A stretch of 31,638 nt of DNA from Nitrospinota bacterium (GCA_038108555.1 JAYNIA010000029.1:1-31638), one strand, 5' to 3'; numbered from the stretch's first letter, positions 20,116 through 27,860 are shown. Made by a program: numbers and translations. Notes: generated by a model from the letters alone, not told the origin.

Positions 20116-20135
20116 TCCGCTCTCAATAAATTCAT

Positions 20136-22775
20136 ATGACAGGCGAAGAACTTCGAAATAAATTTATACAGTATTTTAAGGACCGGCAACACGAGGTCGT
20201 TTCCAGTTATCCCCTGGTCCCTAAAAATGACCCCACCCTGCTGTTCACCAATGCGGGAATGGTGCAGTTTAAAGATGTGTTCCTCGGCGATGAAAAACGA
20301 AATTACAATCGCGCGGTGACCGTTCAAAAATGTGTTCGCGCCGGAGGAAAACATAACGACCTTGAAATGGTGGGAAGAACTGCACGCCACCATACTTTTT
20401 TTGAAATGCTGGGAAACTTTTCCTTCGGAGATTATTTCAAAAAAGAAGCCATTCAATACGGGTGGGAGTTCTTAACCGAAGTCATTGGCCTGCCCCGCGA
20501 CCGTCTCTACATTTCCGTTTTCCAGGATGATGACGAAGCCTTCGAAATCTGGGCAAACGATATGAAAATGCCTCGGGAGCGGATCTATCGAATGGGTGAA
20601 AAAGATAATTTCTGGGCCATGGGACCCACGGGACCCTGCGGACCTTGCTCTGAAATCTTTATCGACCAGGGAAAATCCATTGGATGTGGAAAACCAACCT
20701 GCGAAGTGGGATGCGATTGCGACCGGTTTCTTGAAATCTGGAATCTGGTATTCATGCAGTTCGATCGGGACGATTCTGGAAAACTGACCCCCCTCCCCAA
20801 ACCAAGCATAGACACCGGAATGGGACTGGAACGCCTGGCAGCCGTGGTTCAGGGACGCACTACCAACTACGATACGGACTTGATGATGTCGATCATCAAT
20901 GAATCCGCAAAAATTACAGGCCGGGAATATGGCCCAAACGATGACGTGAATGTCTCTCTTAGAGTTCTTACAGACCATGCACGTGCAGCAACGTTTTTGA
21001 TAGGTGATGGCGTCATTCCTTCCAATGAAGGTCGCGGATATGTCCTTCGAAAAATTATGCGTCGCGCTTTGCGTCATGGAAAACTGCTTGGACAAAAAAA
21101 TCCCTTCTTCCACAAAATAACCAGCAAGGTCATTGAGGACTTTAAAGATGCCTACCCTGATTTGACGGGAAACAGTGACTTCATTCAAAGAGTCGTGCTC
21201 AACGAAGAAGAAAGTTTCGGCAACACCCTGCATTTCGGTACGCAACGGCTGGAAGAAATCCTGCAAAAAGTCCGCAAGGAAAATCTCTCCTCCATTCCCG
21301 GAGAAGAAATATTCAAGCTTTACGATACCTATGGCTTTCCAACCGACCTGATAGAGGAAACTGCGAAAGACGAAGGACTGGAAATGGACATGGAGGGATA
21401 TGAAAAAGCCATGCAGGAACAAAAATCTAAAGCCATGGCTTCTTGGAAAGGTTCCGGCGAAAAAGAAGTGGCTCCTTTCTATAAAGAATTTTCACAAAAT
21501 TCATCCGCCACTCAGTTTAACGGTTACCAGTCAACCGAAGGCGAAGCAAAAGTCCTCGCCATCCTTAAAGATGGAACCAAAATTGATTCTGCAAATACAG
21601 GTGATACGGTGGAGTTGCTTGTCGACCAGACTCCTTTTTATGGAGAGTCCGGGGGACAAGTCGGCGACTCGGGAAACGCATTCAATGATGAAGTTCAAAT
21701 GGATCTATTGGATGCAACCAAACCCCTTCCCGAATTAATCGTTCACAAAGCCAAAATAACCAATGGGACCCTAAAAAGCGGAGCTACTTTAACCATGCGG
21801 GTCAATAAAGATACTCGTAATGACACGGCCTTGAACCATTCCGCAACCCACCTCTTACATGCAGCCCTCAAGGATGTATTGGGGGAGCATATCAAACAAG
21901 CGGGCTCTCTCGTTGCACCGGATCGATTACGATTCGACTACACTCATTTTTCTCCCCTGACGGAAAAAGAGCGGGGAAAAATCGAATCCCTGGTGAATGA
22001 AAAAATCCGCGAAAACATTTCCGTCTCTACCAAAGAAATGGAAATTGAGGATGCCCTCAAAGAAGGTGCTATGGCCCTCTTTGGTGAAAAATATGGCGAT
22101 CGCGTCCGCGTGGTAAACGTTCCCGGATTCAGCATGGAGTTATGTGGCGGCACGCATGTATCAGCTACGGGAGACATCGGTTTGTTTCGAATCGTATCGG
22201 AAGGTGGCATTGCATCTGGAGTCCGCCGGATTGAAGCGGTTACTGGAAAAACCGCTTTTGAAAAAACCTACTCCGAATATGAAACCCTCGCGGCAATTCG
22301 CTCCCTGCTAAAAGCTCCGTCGGAGGAAGAACTGTCAAAAATTAAAAAGCTCCTAGACAAAAATCGCGAACTGGAAAAAGAAATCGAAGTCTTGAAAGAA
22401 AAAATGGTCAGCGGGGGTGATTCTTCAGACAATGACAATATCCAGAAACTGGGAGATGTTTCCCTTTTAATAAAAAACCTGGATGGAACCGATGCAAAAA
22501 CACTGCGAACCTTTATCGATAATGCAAAGAACAAACTCAAATCCGGAATCGTAGTTGCCGGTTCAGTCACCAATGGAAAAGTGGCCATGGCTGCTGGAGT
22601 AACCAAAGACCTGACCCATAAGTATCATGCCGGCAATATCATCAAGGAAATCGCAGGCGTTGTCGGTGGTAGTGGTGGCGGACGCCCTGACATGGCACAG
22701 GCTGGCGGCACCCAGACAGACAAACTCGATGAAGCTCTGAAAAAAGCCGAAGAGATCATCAGAGCCACAACCTGA
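20136..22775 (+). CDS. alaS: Alanine--tRNA ligase
   Basis: DPTLLFTNAGMVQFK, RHHTFFEMLGNFSFGDYFK, IDTGMGLER, NHSATHLLH, ELCGGTH, GGGRPDMAQAGG. Confidence 0.99.
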   Translation: MTGEELRNKFIQYFKDRQHEVVSSYPLVPKNDPTLLFTNAGMVQFKDVFLGDEKRNYNRAVTVQKCVRAGGKHNDLEMVGRTARHHTFFEMLGNFSFGDYFKKEAIQYGWEFLTEVIGLPRDRLYISVFQDDDEAFEIWANDMKMPRERIYRMGEKDNFWAMGPTGPCGPCSEIFIDQGKSIGCGKPTCEVGCDCDRFLEIWNLVFMQFDRDDSGKLTPLPKPSIDTGMGLERLAAVVQGRTTNYDTDLMMSIINESAKITGREYGPNDDVNVSLRVLTDHARAATFLIGDGVIPSNEGRGYVLRKIMRRALRHGKLLGQKNPFFHKITSKVIEDFKDAYPDLTGNSDFIQRVVLNEEESFGNTLHFGTQRLEEILQKVRKENLSSIPGEEIFKLYDTYGFPTDLIEETAKDEGLEMDMEGYEKAMQEQKSKAMASWKGSGEKEVAPFYKEFSQNSSATQFNGYQSTEGEAKVLAILKDGTKIDSANTGDTVELLVDQTPFYGESGGQVGDSGNAFNDEVQMDLLDATKPLPELIVHKAKITNGTLKSGATLTMRVNKDTRNDTALNHSATHLLHAALKDVLGEHIKQAGSLVAPDRLRFDYTHFSPLTEKERGKIESLVNEKIRENISVSTKEMEIEDALKEGAMALFGEKYGDRVRVVNVPGFSMELCGGTHVSATGDIGLFRIVSEGGIASGVRRIEAVTGKTAFEKTYSEYETLAAIRSLLKAPSEEELSKIKKLLDKNRELEKEIEVLKEKMVSGGDSSDNDNIQKLGDVSLLIKNLDGTDAKTLRTFIDNAKNKLKSGIVVAGSVTNGKVAMAAGVTKDLTHKYHAGNIIKEIAGVVGGSGGGRPDMAQAGGTQTDKLDEALKKAEEIIRATT

Positions 22776-22796
22776 TCTTCATATTGCGTAATAGAG

Positions 22797-22870
22797 AAAT
22801 CCCCCCAACCCCTTCGTAGAAGGGGGAGCTTAAATAATCCCCTCTTTTAAAAGAGGGGCTGGGGTGATTT
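22797..22870. repeat. REP-like composite palindromic element (two hairpins inside an outer inverted repeat)
   Basis: Outer arms AAATCCCCCCA / TGGGGTGATTT; inner CCCCTTC-gta-GAAGGGG (22809-22825); perfect 20-bp palindrome CCCCTCTTTTAAAAGAGGGG (22839-22858). Confidence 0.7.
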
Positions 22871-23025
22871 AGAATCTCTCATTAATAATTAAGTCTAACC
22901 TCCCTCTCCTATTTCCCCTGTCTTCCCAGGTTTTTCAATAGGCTTTTCATCAAATCCAGACTGGTCAATCCCTGCGGAATCGGGTATTATTTTCACTATC
23001 CTTATTAATTATTCAGGATTTTACC

Positions 23026-23409
23026 ATGAGCGAAATTCTCGGGGCCACCGGCTCGACTTCACCTATCAATCCCATCCGCAAAAAAGAGCTGGATGATAAA
23101 TGGAAAACCATCGTTACAAAAGCAGTAACCGATGAACAATTTAAAAAGCAACTGGTCGGCGACCCCATGAAAATTATCGAAGAGCAGGGTTTGAAACCGG
23201 CTGAAGGTGTAAAAGTTGCTTTCGATGAATTGACCCAAACCCATAAAGTAGGTGTCGACGCCGATGCCAACGAAGAACTGACTGCAGAAGGCAAGTGGTG
23301 GGGCATTCGTCTGAAAATGATCAAAGAGTTTGGGGTGGAACTCGATCGGCAGGTGGGTAATGTTGCCGGTTTTGAAGAAGGCACTAAAGCCAGAAGCATC
23401 ATCAACTAA
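23026..23409 (+). CDS. Small protein with nitrile-hydratase-leader-peptide (NHLP)-like domain
   Basis: [36 protein letters not shown] matches the NHLP/NHase-alpha leader pattern (A..D..F...L..DP......G); AGGA RBS. Confidence 0.7.
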   Translation: MSEILGATGSTSPINPIRKKELDDKWKTIVTKAVTDEQFKKQLVGDPMKIIEEQGLKPAEGVKVAFDELTQTHKVGVDADANEELTAEGKWWGIRLKMIKEFGVELDRQVGNVAGFEEGTKARSIIN

Positions 23410-23413
23410 AAAT

Positions 23414-23490
23414 GCGCCCGTAGCTCAGCTGGATAGAGTGGCGGTTTCCGGTACCGTAGGTCGGAGGTTCGAATCCTCTCGGGCGTGCCA
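23414..23490 (+). tRNA. tRNA-Arg(CCG)
   Basis: 77 nt; acceptor GCGCCCG/CGGGCGT, D-arm AGCTCAGCTGGATAGAGT, anticodon stem GCGGT/ACCGT with loop TT-CCG-GT, GGTTCGAATCC T-arm, encoded CCA. Confidence 0.97.
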
Positions 23491-23507
23491 CCCCCTCCTA
23501 GAAAATT

Positions 23508-23663
23508 TCAGGCGATGGGCCTTTTATCCCTTGAGGAATCTCTTTGATCGAATTTTCTGCGTTCCTCTTTACGCCTCTCTTCTTCTACCTCCTGGGTGTC
23601 TTTCCTTCTTTCTCCCAGTCTTCGACTCCATGGATTTCTTCTTTCGCCGCCACGTTTAAACAT
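23508..23663 (-). CDS. 51-aa Arg/Glu-rich small protein with ERR repeats (not in the ORF track)
   Basis: AAAAGGAGG RBS just upstream of ATG 23663; hand translation MFKRGGERRNPWSRRLGERRKDTQEVEEERRKEERRKFDQRDSSRDKRPIA. Confidence 0.7.
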   Translation of the reverse strand: MFKRGGERRNPWSRRLGERRKDTQEVEEERRKEERRKFDQRDSSRDKRPIA

Positions 23664-23810
23664 CGATCCTCCTTTTGCGTTTTAAGTAGCAGTCCGGTTG
23701 ATGACTGCAATAATTCATAAAGGGGTCATATCCATTCTAACCCTTCGTGGCATGAAATCAAATGTTTAGATATAACAGGGGCAGAAATATTTCACTCGCC
23801 CTTTTCTTGA

Positions 23811-23969
23811 CTACGGATGGGTCATTAACGGGTTTTTAAGTCGACTTTCCCTTTTAATTTTTCCATTCGTTTGCCGATTCTTCTTTTTTCCTTCAATGGT
23901 TTTTGTCAGTGGATTGCGATGCTCAAAGATTGCGGGTGTGATAGGGGAAGCGTTGTGGTAGTTTTCCAT
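23811..23969 (-). CDS. 52-aa basic small ORF (not in the ORF track)
   Basis: AGGAG RBS upstream of ATG 23969; hand translation MENYHNASPITPAIFEHRNPLTKTIEGKKKNRQTNGKIKRESRLKNPLMTHP; GTCGATAG element upstream. Confidence 0.4.
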   Translation of the reverse strand: MENYHNASPITPAIFEHRNPLTKTIEGKKKNRQTNGKIKRESRLKNPLMTHP

Positions 23970-24192
23970 AACCCGGCTCCTGAAACGAAGTGCCTATACC
24001 TTTCCTATCGACCTTTCCCGTAAAAATATAAGTTCCCTCTTTTTATTCCCGGTTTTAAAGCCCTAACCCTTTGGAAATAAAAGACAAATAAAATCTTATT
24101 TTAGGGTCAAAGTTTCTTGACTGTACCAAGGGTTTGAGGTTAAGTTTATTGCTTCCGTTTACCCCGTAATTAACTTTTGATTTCCATCTCCC

Positions 24193-25644
24193 TTGAAAAA
24201 GTTTTTCTCACTGGTTTTTCTTTTTCTCCTGTTTTTGTTTTCCGGCATTTCTGCGTCTGCTTCCACTTTCCATGAAAGTCTACCGGAGAACCGGCGTGAG
24301 GAAATTTCCATAATTGACGAATATACGGTGAAGGTCGGGCTGGGTCCCGACCAGCGTTCTGTCAGTTGCAACATTCTCGATGCGGTGGGCAGCATTCCTT
24401 CTATCAACGGAACCACAGAGCCGGATGTCGTTTATGTGAACAAGGAAAAGGTGCACCACATAAGCAAGGGATTGTATACCTGGGACCGGGCGGGAAAGTA
24501 TCGCGTGCGGTTGACGACCAAATACATCCGCGAGTTTGGCGACATCACCATCCGCGTGCCTAACGAGGCAGCCGCAGGGGAATCCATTCCAGAAAAAATG
24601 GAAGAGGCTCACCGGGTCCCTTCTTATTACCAGAATCTTCCTGAAGACAAGCGCGAGGAAATCACCATCATCGATCCCTATATGGTGGAGGTGGGGATGG
24701 GATCTGACCTTAGGACCGTCGCCTCGAATATTCAGGATGCGATTCAAAGCATCCCCACGGTAGAGGAAGACCGGTTTCCGGAATTTGTAAATGTAAATGG
24801 ACGCCCGATTTTCTTCATTGGTAATGGACTTTATAGCTGGGACTCGGAAGGCAACGATCCTGTAAGACTCACCACACGATTCATAAAAAAATACGGCAAC
24901 ATCAAAGTCTCCATTGTGCCGCTGGATTCACCGGCGACTCCGCCCAAGAAAATAAATAAACAATTATCTGAGAAGGCTTCAATGGAAAAAAAATCTCCAT
25001 CCACAACAACTTCTGTTCCGGTGAAAAAAGATGTGGTTGTTCTCACTCCAGATCCTGTAAAGAAAATAGAGGGAGCGTTTTCGTTGCCAAAAGAAGAGGA
25101 CATTACTACGTCCTCAAAAAAAGTGAAGGTTGCTAAAATCCAACCTCAGGTTTCAAATCGTCAACAGGCGAAGCCTGCCTCTCCTGCTCCTGTAAAGAAG
25201 AAGGGACTGGGGTTGAAAGGATTCCGCAAGGCTCAATTTGGGATGGACATGCAGCAGGTTAAACAAGTGATCCGTGAAGATTTCAAACTTGACGATTCAC
25301 AGATAAAAACTTTTGGCAGAGAAAAGAACATTCTCGCAATTTCCACCGACAAACTTTCCGAAAGTGGAGAGTCTGCTTCGGTCCAGTACTATTTTTCCAA
25401 CGACAAACTTGCTCGCGTGAATGTTTTATGGGGACCTTCTGAGAACACGGACCAACTGGCAGCAAAACTGGTGCAGCAATTTTTAAGTTTGCGGTTTCTG
25501 GAAAAGCAATCCCCAGAGAACCGGGATGCCCAGCTTTACTACGGAAAAGATTCTCAGGGGAATGAATTGAAGCTTTCCTGGGCCAACAGCCCTGATGGCA
25601 ATTCCCGTCCCCTCTCCCTGTCTTACCTCGCATTTAATCCCTGA
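24193..25644 (+). CDS. Secreted hypothetical protein with two tandem ~100-aa repeats, Pro/Lys/Ser linker and C-terminal domain
   Basis: TTG start, signal peptide ending ASA; repeats LPENRREEISIID...VRLTTKYIREFGDI and LPEDKREEITIID...VRLTTRFIKKYGNI. Confidence 0.85.
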   Translation: MKKFFSLVFLFLLFLFSGISASASTFHESLPENRREEISIIDEYTVKVGLGPDQRSVSCNILDAVGSIPSINGTTEPDVVYVNKEKVHHISKGLYTWDRAGKYRVRLTTKYIREFGDITIRVPNEAAAGESIPEKMEEAHRVPSYYQNLPEDKREEITIIDPYMVEVGMGSDLRTVASNIQDAIQSIPTVEEDRFPEFVNVNGRPIFFIGNGLYSWDSEGNDPVRLTTRFIKKYGNIKVSIVPLDSPATPPKKINKQLSEKASMEKKSPSTTTSVPVKKDVVVLTPDPVKKIEGAFSLPKEEDITTSSKKVKVAKIQPQVSNRQQAKPASPAPVKKKGLGLKGFRKAQFGMDMQQVKQVIREDFKLDDSQIKTFGREKNILAISTDKLSESGESASVQYYFSNDKLARVNVLWGPSENTDQLAAKLVQQFLSLRFLEKQSPENRDAQLYYGKDSQGNELKLSWANSPDGNSRPLSLSYLAFNP

Positions 25645-25922
25645 GCATTTTACTAATTCACTTGCCAAATCGGAAAAGAGTGGTAACATTTAATGTAAAT
25701 TTATAACTTTTCTGGGGAGAGCAAGTTATGGATAACCAAGTAAACCCATCAGGCTAACCGCCTTTTTCCAAGCATAATAAAATTAAATATTTTTTTACAG
25801 TTTGCAATATCCCATCAAGGATTTTTAGGCCCCATTTTTCCCCTTTTTGAGGGATACCTTATCTCCCCAAGTTATATTATTTTTGTTTGAGAAAACGCAG
25901 ATATTAGAGGAAAGGTTGTGTA

Positions 25923-26762
25923 GTGGAAATAGAGGAATTGTTTGAAGGGGATGTGGAAATTCCCACCCTGCCCGAAATTTATTATGACTTCAAGGAAGCC
26001 ATGGAAGATCCCGAGGGTTCCTTTGAGCAGATTTCTGTCATCATTTCTACTGACACCGGCCTCACGGTGCGCCTCCTGCAAATTGTCAACAGCGCCTTTT
26101 ATGGTTTTCCTTCGCAGATAGAAACCATCTCTCACGCCATCAGCGTGGTGGGTTTGGAACAATTAAACAACCTGGTTCTTTCCACGGTGGTTATGGACCG
26201 TTTCAAAGGCATTCCCGACAGTGTGATCAATATGGAATCTTTCTGGAAACACAGCATTGCCTGTGGGCTTGCAGCAAGGGTGATTGCCTCGCACCGAAAA
26301 GAAATCAACACCGAACGGTTTTTTGTCGCGGGCATGTTGCATGATATTGGACGACTCGTGATTGCCTTATCTGCTCCCTTCAGCATCCTTGGTGTTTTCA
26401 TGCGTTGCAAATCGGAAAAGATTCCTCTGCACGAGGCAGAAAAAGATATTCTCGGATTTAATCACACCGATGTTGGCAAACATCTTTTGACAGACTGGTC
26501 GCTGCCCGAGTTTCACCAGAAGGTGGTGGGAAACCATCACAGCAGCGTTGCTGATCTGGACTCAGGAATTTTAAATATCGCCGATCATATTGCCAACGAC
26601 TTGAAACTGGGTGACAGTGGCGAAGCATCGTTCCCTCCTCCATTTGATCAGGAAATTTGGTCCAAGCTTGAATTGCCTGAAGAGATTAACCTGGAAACCA
26701 TCAAGGCAGAGGTTGAGGAACTTTATAACGCCACCAGCGCGTTATTTTTACAATCAGCATAA
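25923..26762 (+). CDS. Stand-alone HDOD domain protein
   Basis: IPTLPEI, DTGLTVRLLQIVNSAFYG, FWKHSIACG, AGMLHDIGRL, EKDILGFNHTDVG..L...W.LP. GTG start. Confidence 0.93.
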   Translation: MEIEELFEGDVEIPTLPEIYYDFKEAMEDPEGSFEQISVIISTDTGLTVRLLQIVNSAFYGFPSQIETISHAISVVGLEQLNNLVLSTVVMDRFKGIPDSVINMESFWKHSIACGLAARVIASHRKEINTERFFVAGMLHDIGRLVIALSAPFSILGVFMRCKSEKIPLHEAEKDILGFNHTDVGKHLLTDWSLPEFHQKVVGNHHSSVADLDSGILNIADHIANDLKLGDSGEASFPPPFDQEIWSKLELPEEINLETIKAEVEELYNATSALFLQSA

Positions 26763-26859
26763 TCCTCTCTTCCCCATTCAGATAAAGCCGCAAATGATAG
26801 GAAAGGCCCTTTCAGGCCAAGACTTATACCCCTACCTGCCTATTTTTCAATAACTTAAT

Positions 26860-26887
26860 TAAAGCTGATTTGGCAAAATTCCGATAA
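26860..26887 (+). promoter_or_regulatory. Sigma28 (FliA)-like promoter
   Basis: TAAA-N16-TCCGATAA versus the consensus TAAA-N15-GCCGATAA; lies 24 nt upstream of ATG 26912. Confidence 0.6.
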
Positions 26888-26911
26888 ATAAGTAATAACG
26901 AGGATATTATT

Positions 26912-27082
26912 ATGAAAATCGACACCCCATACGGGAAAGAAATATTCAGGGTAAACCCTTTGCCTCAAAAAAGAAGAAGGCAGGGAAAAAGTTTCCAGGA
27001 GCAACTGGAAGATAGCCTGAATACCAAAAAAGAAGAAGTTCAAAAGCAAATCAAGAAAAGCCTTCTGGATATTCTTGTATAA
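26912..27082 (+). CDS. 56-aa small protein (not in the ORF track)
   Basis: GAGGA RBS; hand translation MKIDTPYGKEIFRVNPLPQKRRRQGKSFQEQLEDSLNTKKEEVQKQIKKSLLDILV; follows the sigma28-like promoter. Confidence 0.7.
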   Translation: MKIDTPYGKEIFRVNPLPQKRRRQGKSFQEQLEDSLNTKKEEVQKQIKKSLLDILV

Positions 27083-27306
27083 GCCAAAACCCCTGAAAAA
27101 CCGTCCCATCTCACCAGAGTTTTTTTACCCCCCTGCTTTCGGGCCTTTTTTTAAGCACTATTCCCTTCTAAATATTTAATTTTCTTCATCCTTTTAAACT
27201 TATTTTTCTATAAAAATTTTTGAGTTGGGTGCTATAATTTATTACAAGGTCGATTCAGCGATAGGCCTTTTATGTCAAAATTTCAAGTTGAAGAGGGGGA
27301 GAATCA

Positions 27307-27609
27307 ATGAATAAAGGAGTAGTTTTACTGGGAGCGATACTGGCACTTTTTTTTTTAACTTCATGCGCCTCAAACGGAACAGTGGTTCCAAAAGCTTTTC
27401 CAGGCTCTGCGGAAATGTTCAAAGTAAACGATCTGGGTACTGTTGAAGTCAAAGGATTTGACATGAAAGACCAGCCCATGCATTGGGTTTTTGTTCGCTG
27501 CGATTACTGGAGTGGCTGCTACATGCGTTGTCAAGGACCGGTAAATACCTGTAAGGAAATTGCGACCAAATCGGATTTGGAAGTCAGTTACGTTCAGAGC
27601 ACCCACTAG
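27307..27609 (+). CDS. Small Cys-rich lipoprotein
   Basis: GGGGAG RBS; lipobox LTS-C; four further Cys (CX5CX3CX6C); TGCTATAAT extended -10 at 27230-27238. Confidence 0.8.
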   Translation: MNKGVVLLGAILALFFLTSCASNGTVVPKAFPGSAEMFKVNDLGTVEVKGFDMKDQPMHWVFVRCDYWSGCYMRCQGPVNTCKEIATKSDLEVSYVQSTH

Positions 27610-27643
27610 TTTCCGGGTAAGAGTGAATCTTCAAAATACTATT

Positions 27644-27672
27644 TTGACATTCGCTATAAATTAAGTCATTCT
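27644..27672 (+). promoter_or_regulatory. Sigma70-type promoter for the small structured transcript
   Basis: TTGACA (27644-27649), 17 nt, CATTCT (27667-27672). Confidence 0.5.
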
Positions 27673-27678
27673 TACGAG

Positions 27679-27860
27679 TGCGTTGCCCGATGGGCTTAAC
27701 AGGGAAGCCCATGGGGTGTTGATGGATACCCTGAGAAGGAGGTGATCCCATGCTATCTGACAGTATTAGGGGAGCTTCCGGAGTAATTTGTTAACGCCAA
27801 GTTAACGGGAGCTCCTGTGCTTCTATAGCGCCCCACTTTAAATAGTGGGGCGTTTTTTTT
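27679..27860 (+). ncRNA. Candidate structured small RNA / mini-mRNA containing a 13-nt complement of the 16S 3' end and a 14-codon ORF (27750-27794)
   Basis: GC-richer island between a promoter and a terminator; hairpins ATGGGCTT/AAGCCCAT and GGAGCTTCCG/CGGGAGCTCC; AAGGAGGTGATCC at 27736-27748. The 5' end is estimated. Confidence 0.6.
27828..27860 (+). terminator. Intrinsic terminator
   Basis: GCGCCCCACT-ttaaat-AGTGGGGCGT followed by a T tract. Confidence 0.92.

Noticed and set aside
20472..21422. 316-aa antisense ORF
   Set aside because: It lies wholly opposite alaS with no recognisable motifs; a codon-bias shadow.
23330..23659. 109-aa plus-strand ORF
   Set aside because: It runs through the tRNA-Arg gene and is antisense to the better-supported 51-aa ORF.
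23980..23996. Sigma54-like site on the minus strand (AGGCAC-N4-TTTCA)
   Set aside because: It lacks the conserved GC at -12.
26855..27109. 84-aa minus-strand ORF
   Set aside because: It is antisense to the 56-aa ORF, which has promoter and RBS support.
27736..27748. Possible fragment of a 16S rRNA gene on the minus strand
   Set aside because: The match stops at 13 nt; the flank does not continue as 16S sequence (AGCCGCA... would be expected next on this strand).
27679..27860. 6S RNA or known riboswitch identity for the structured transcript
   Set aside because: The size fits 6S, but I could not find extended 5'-3' end pairing or any recognised aptamer consensus by eye. An Rfam search is still needed.
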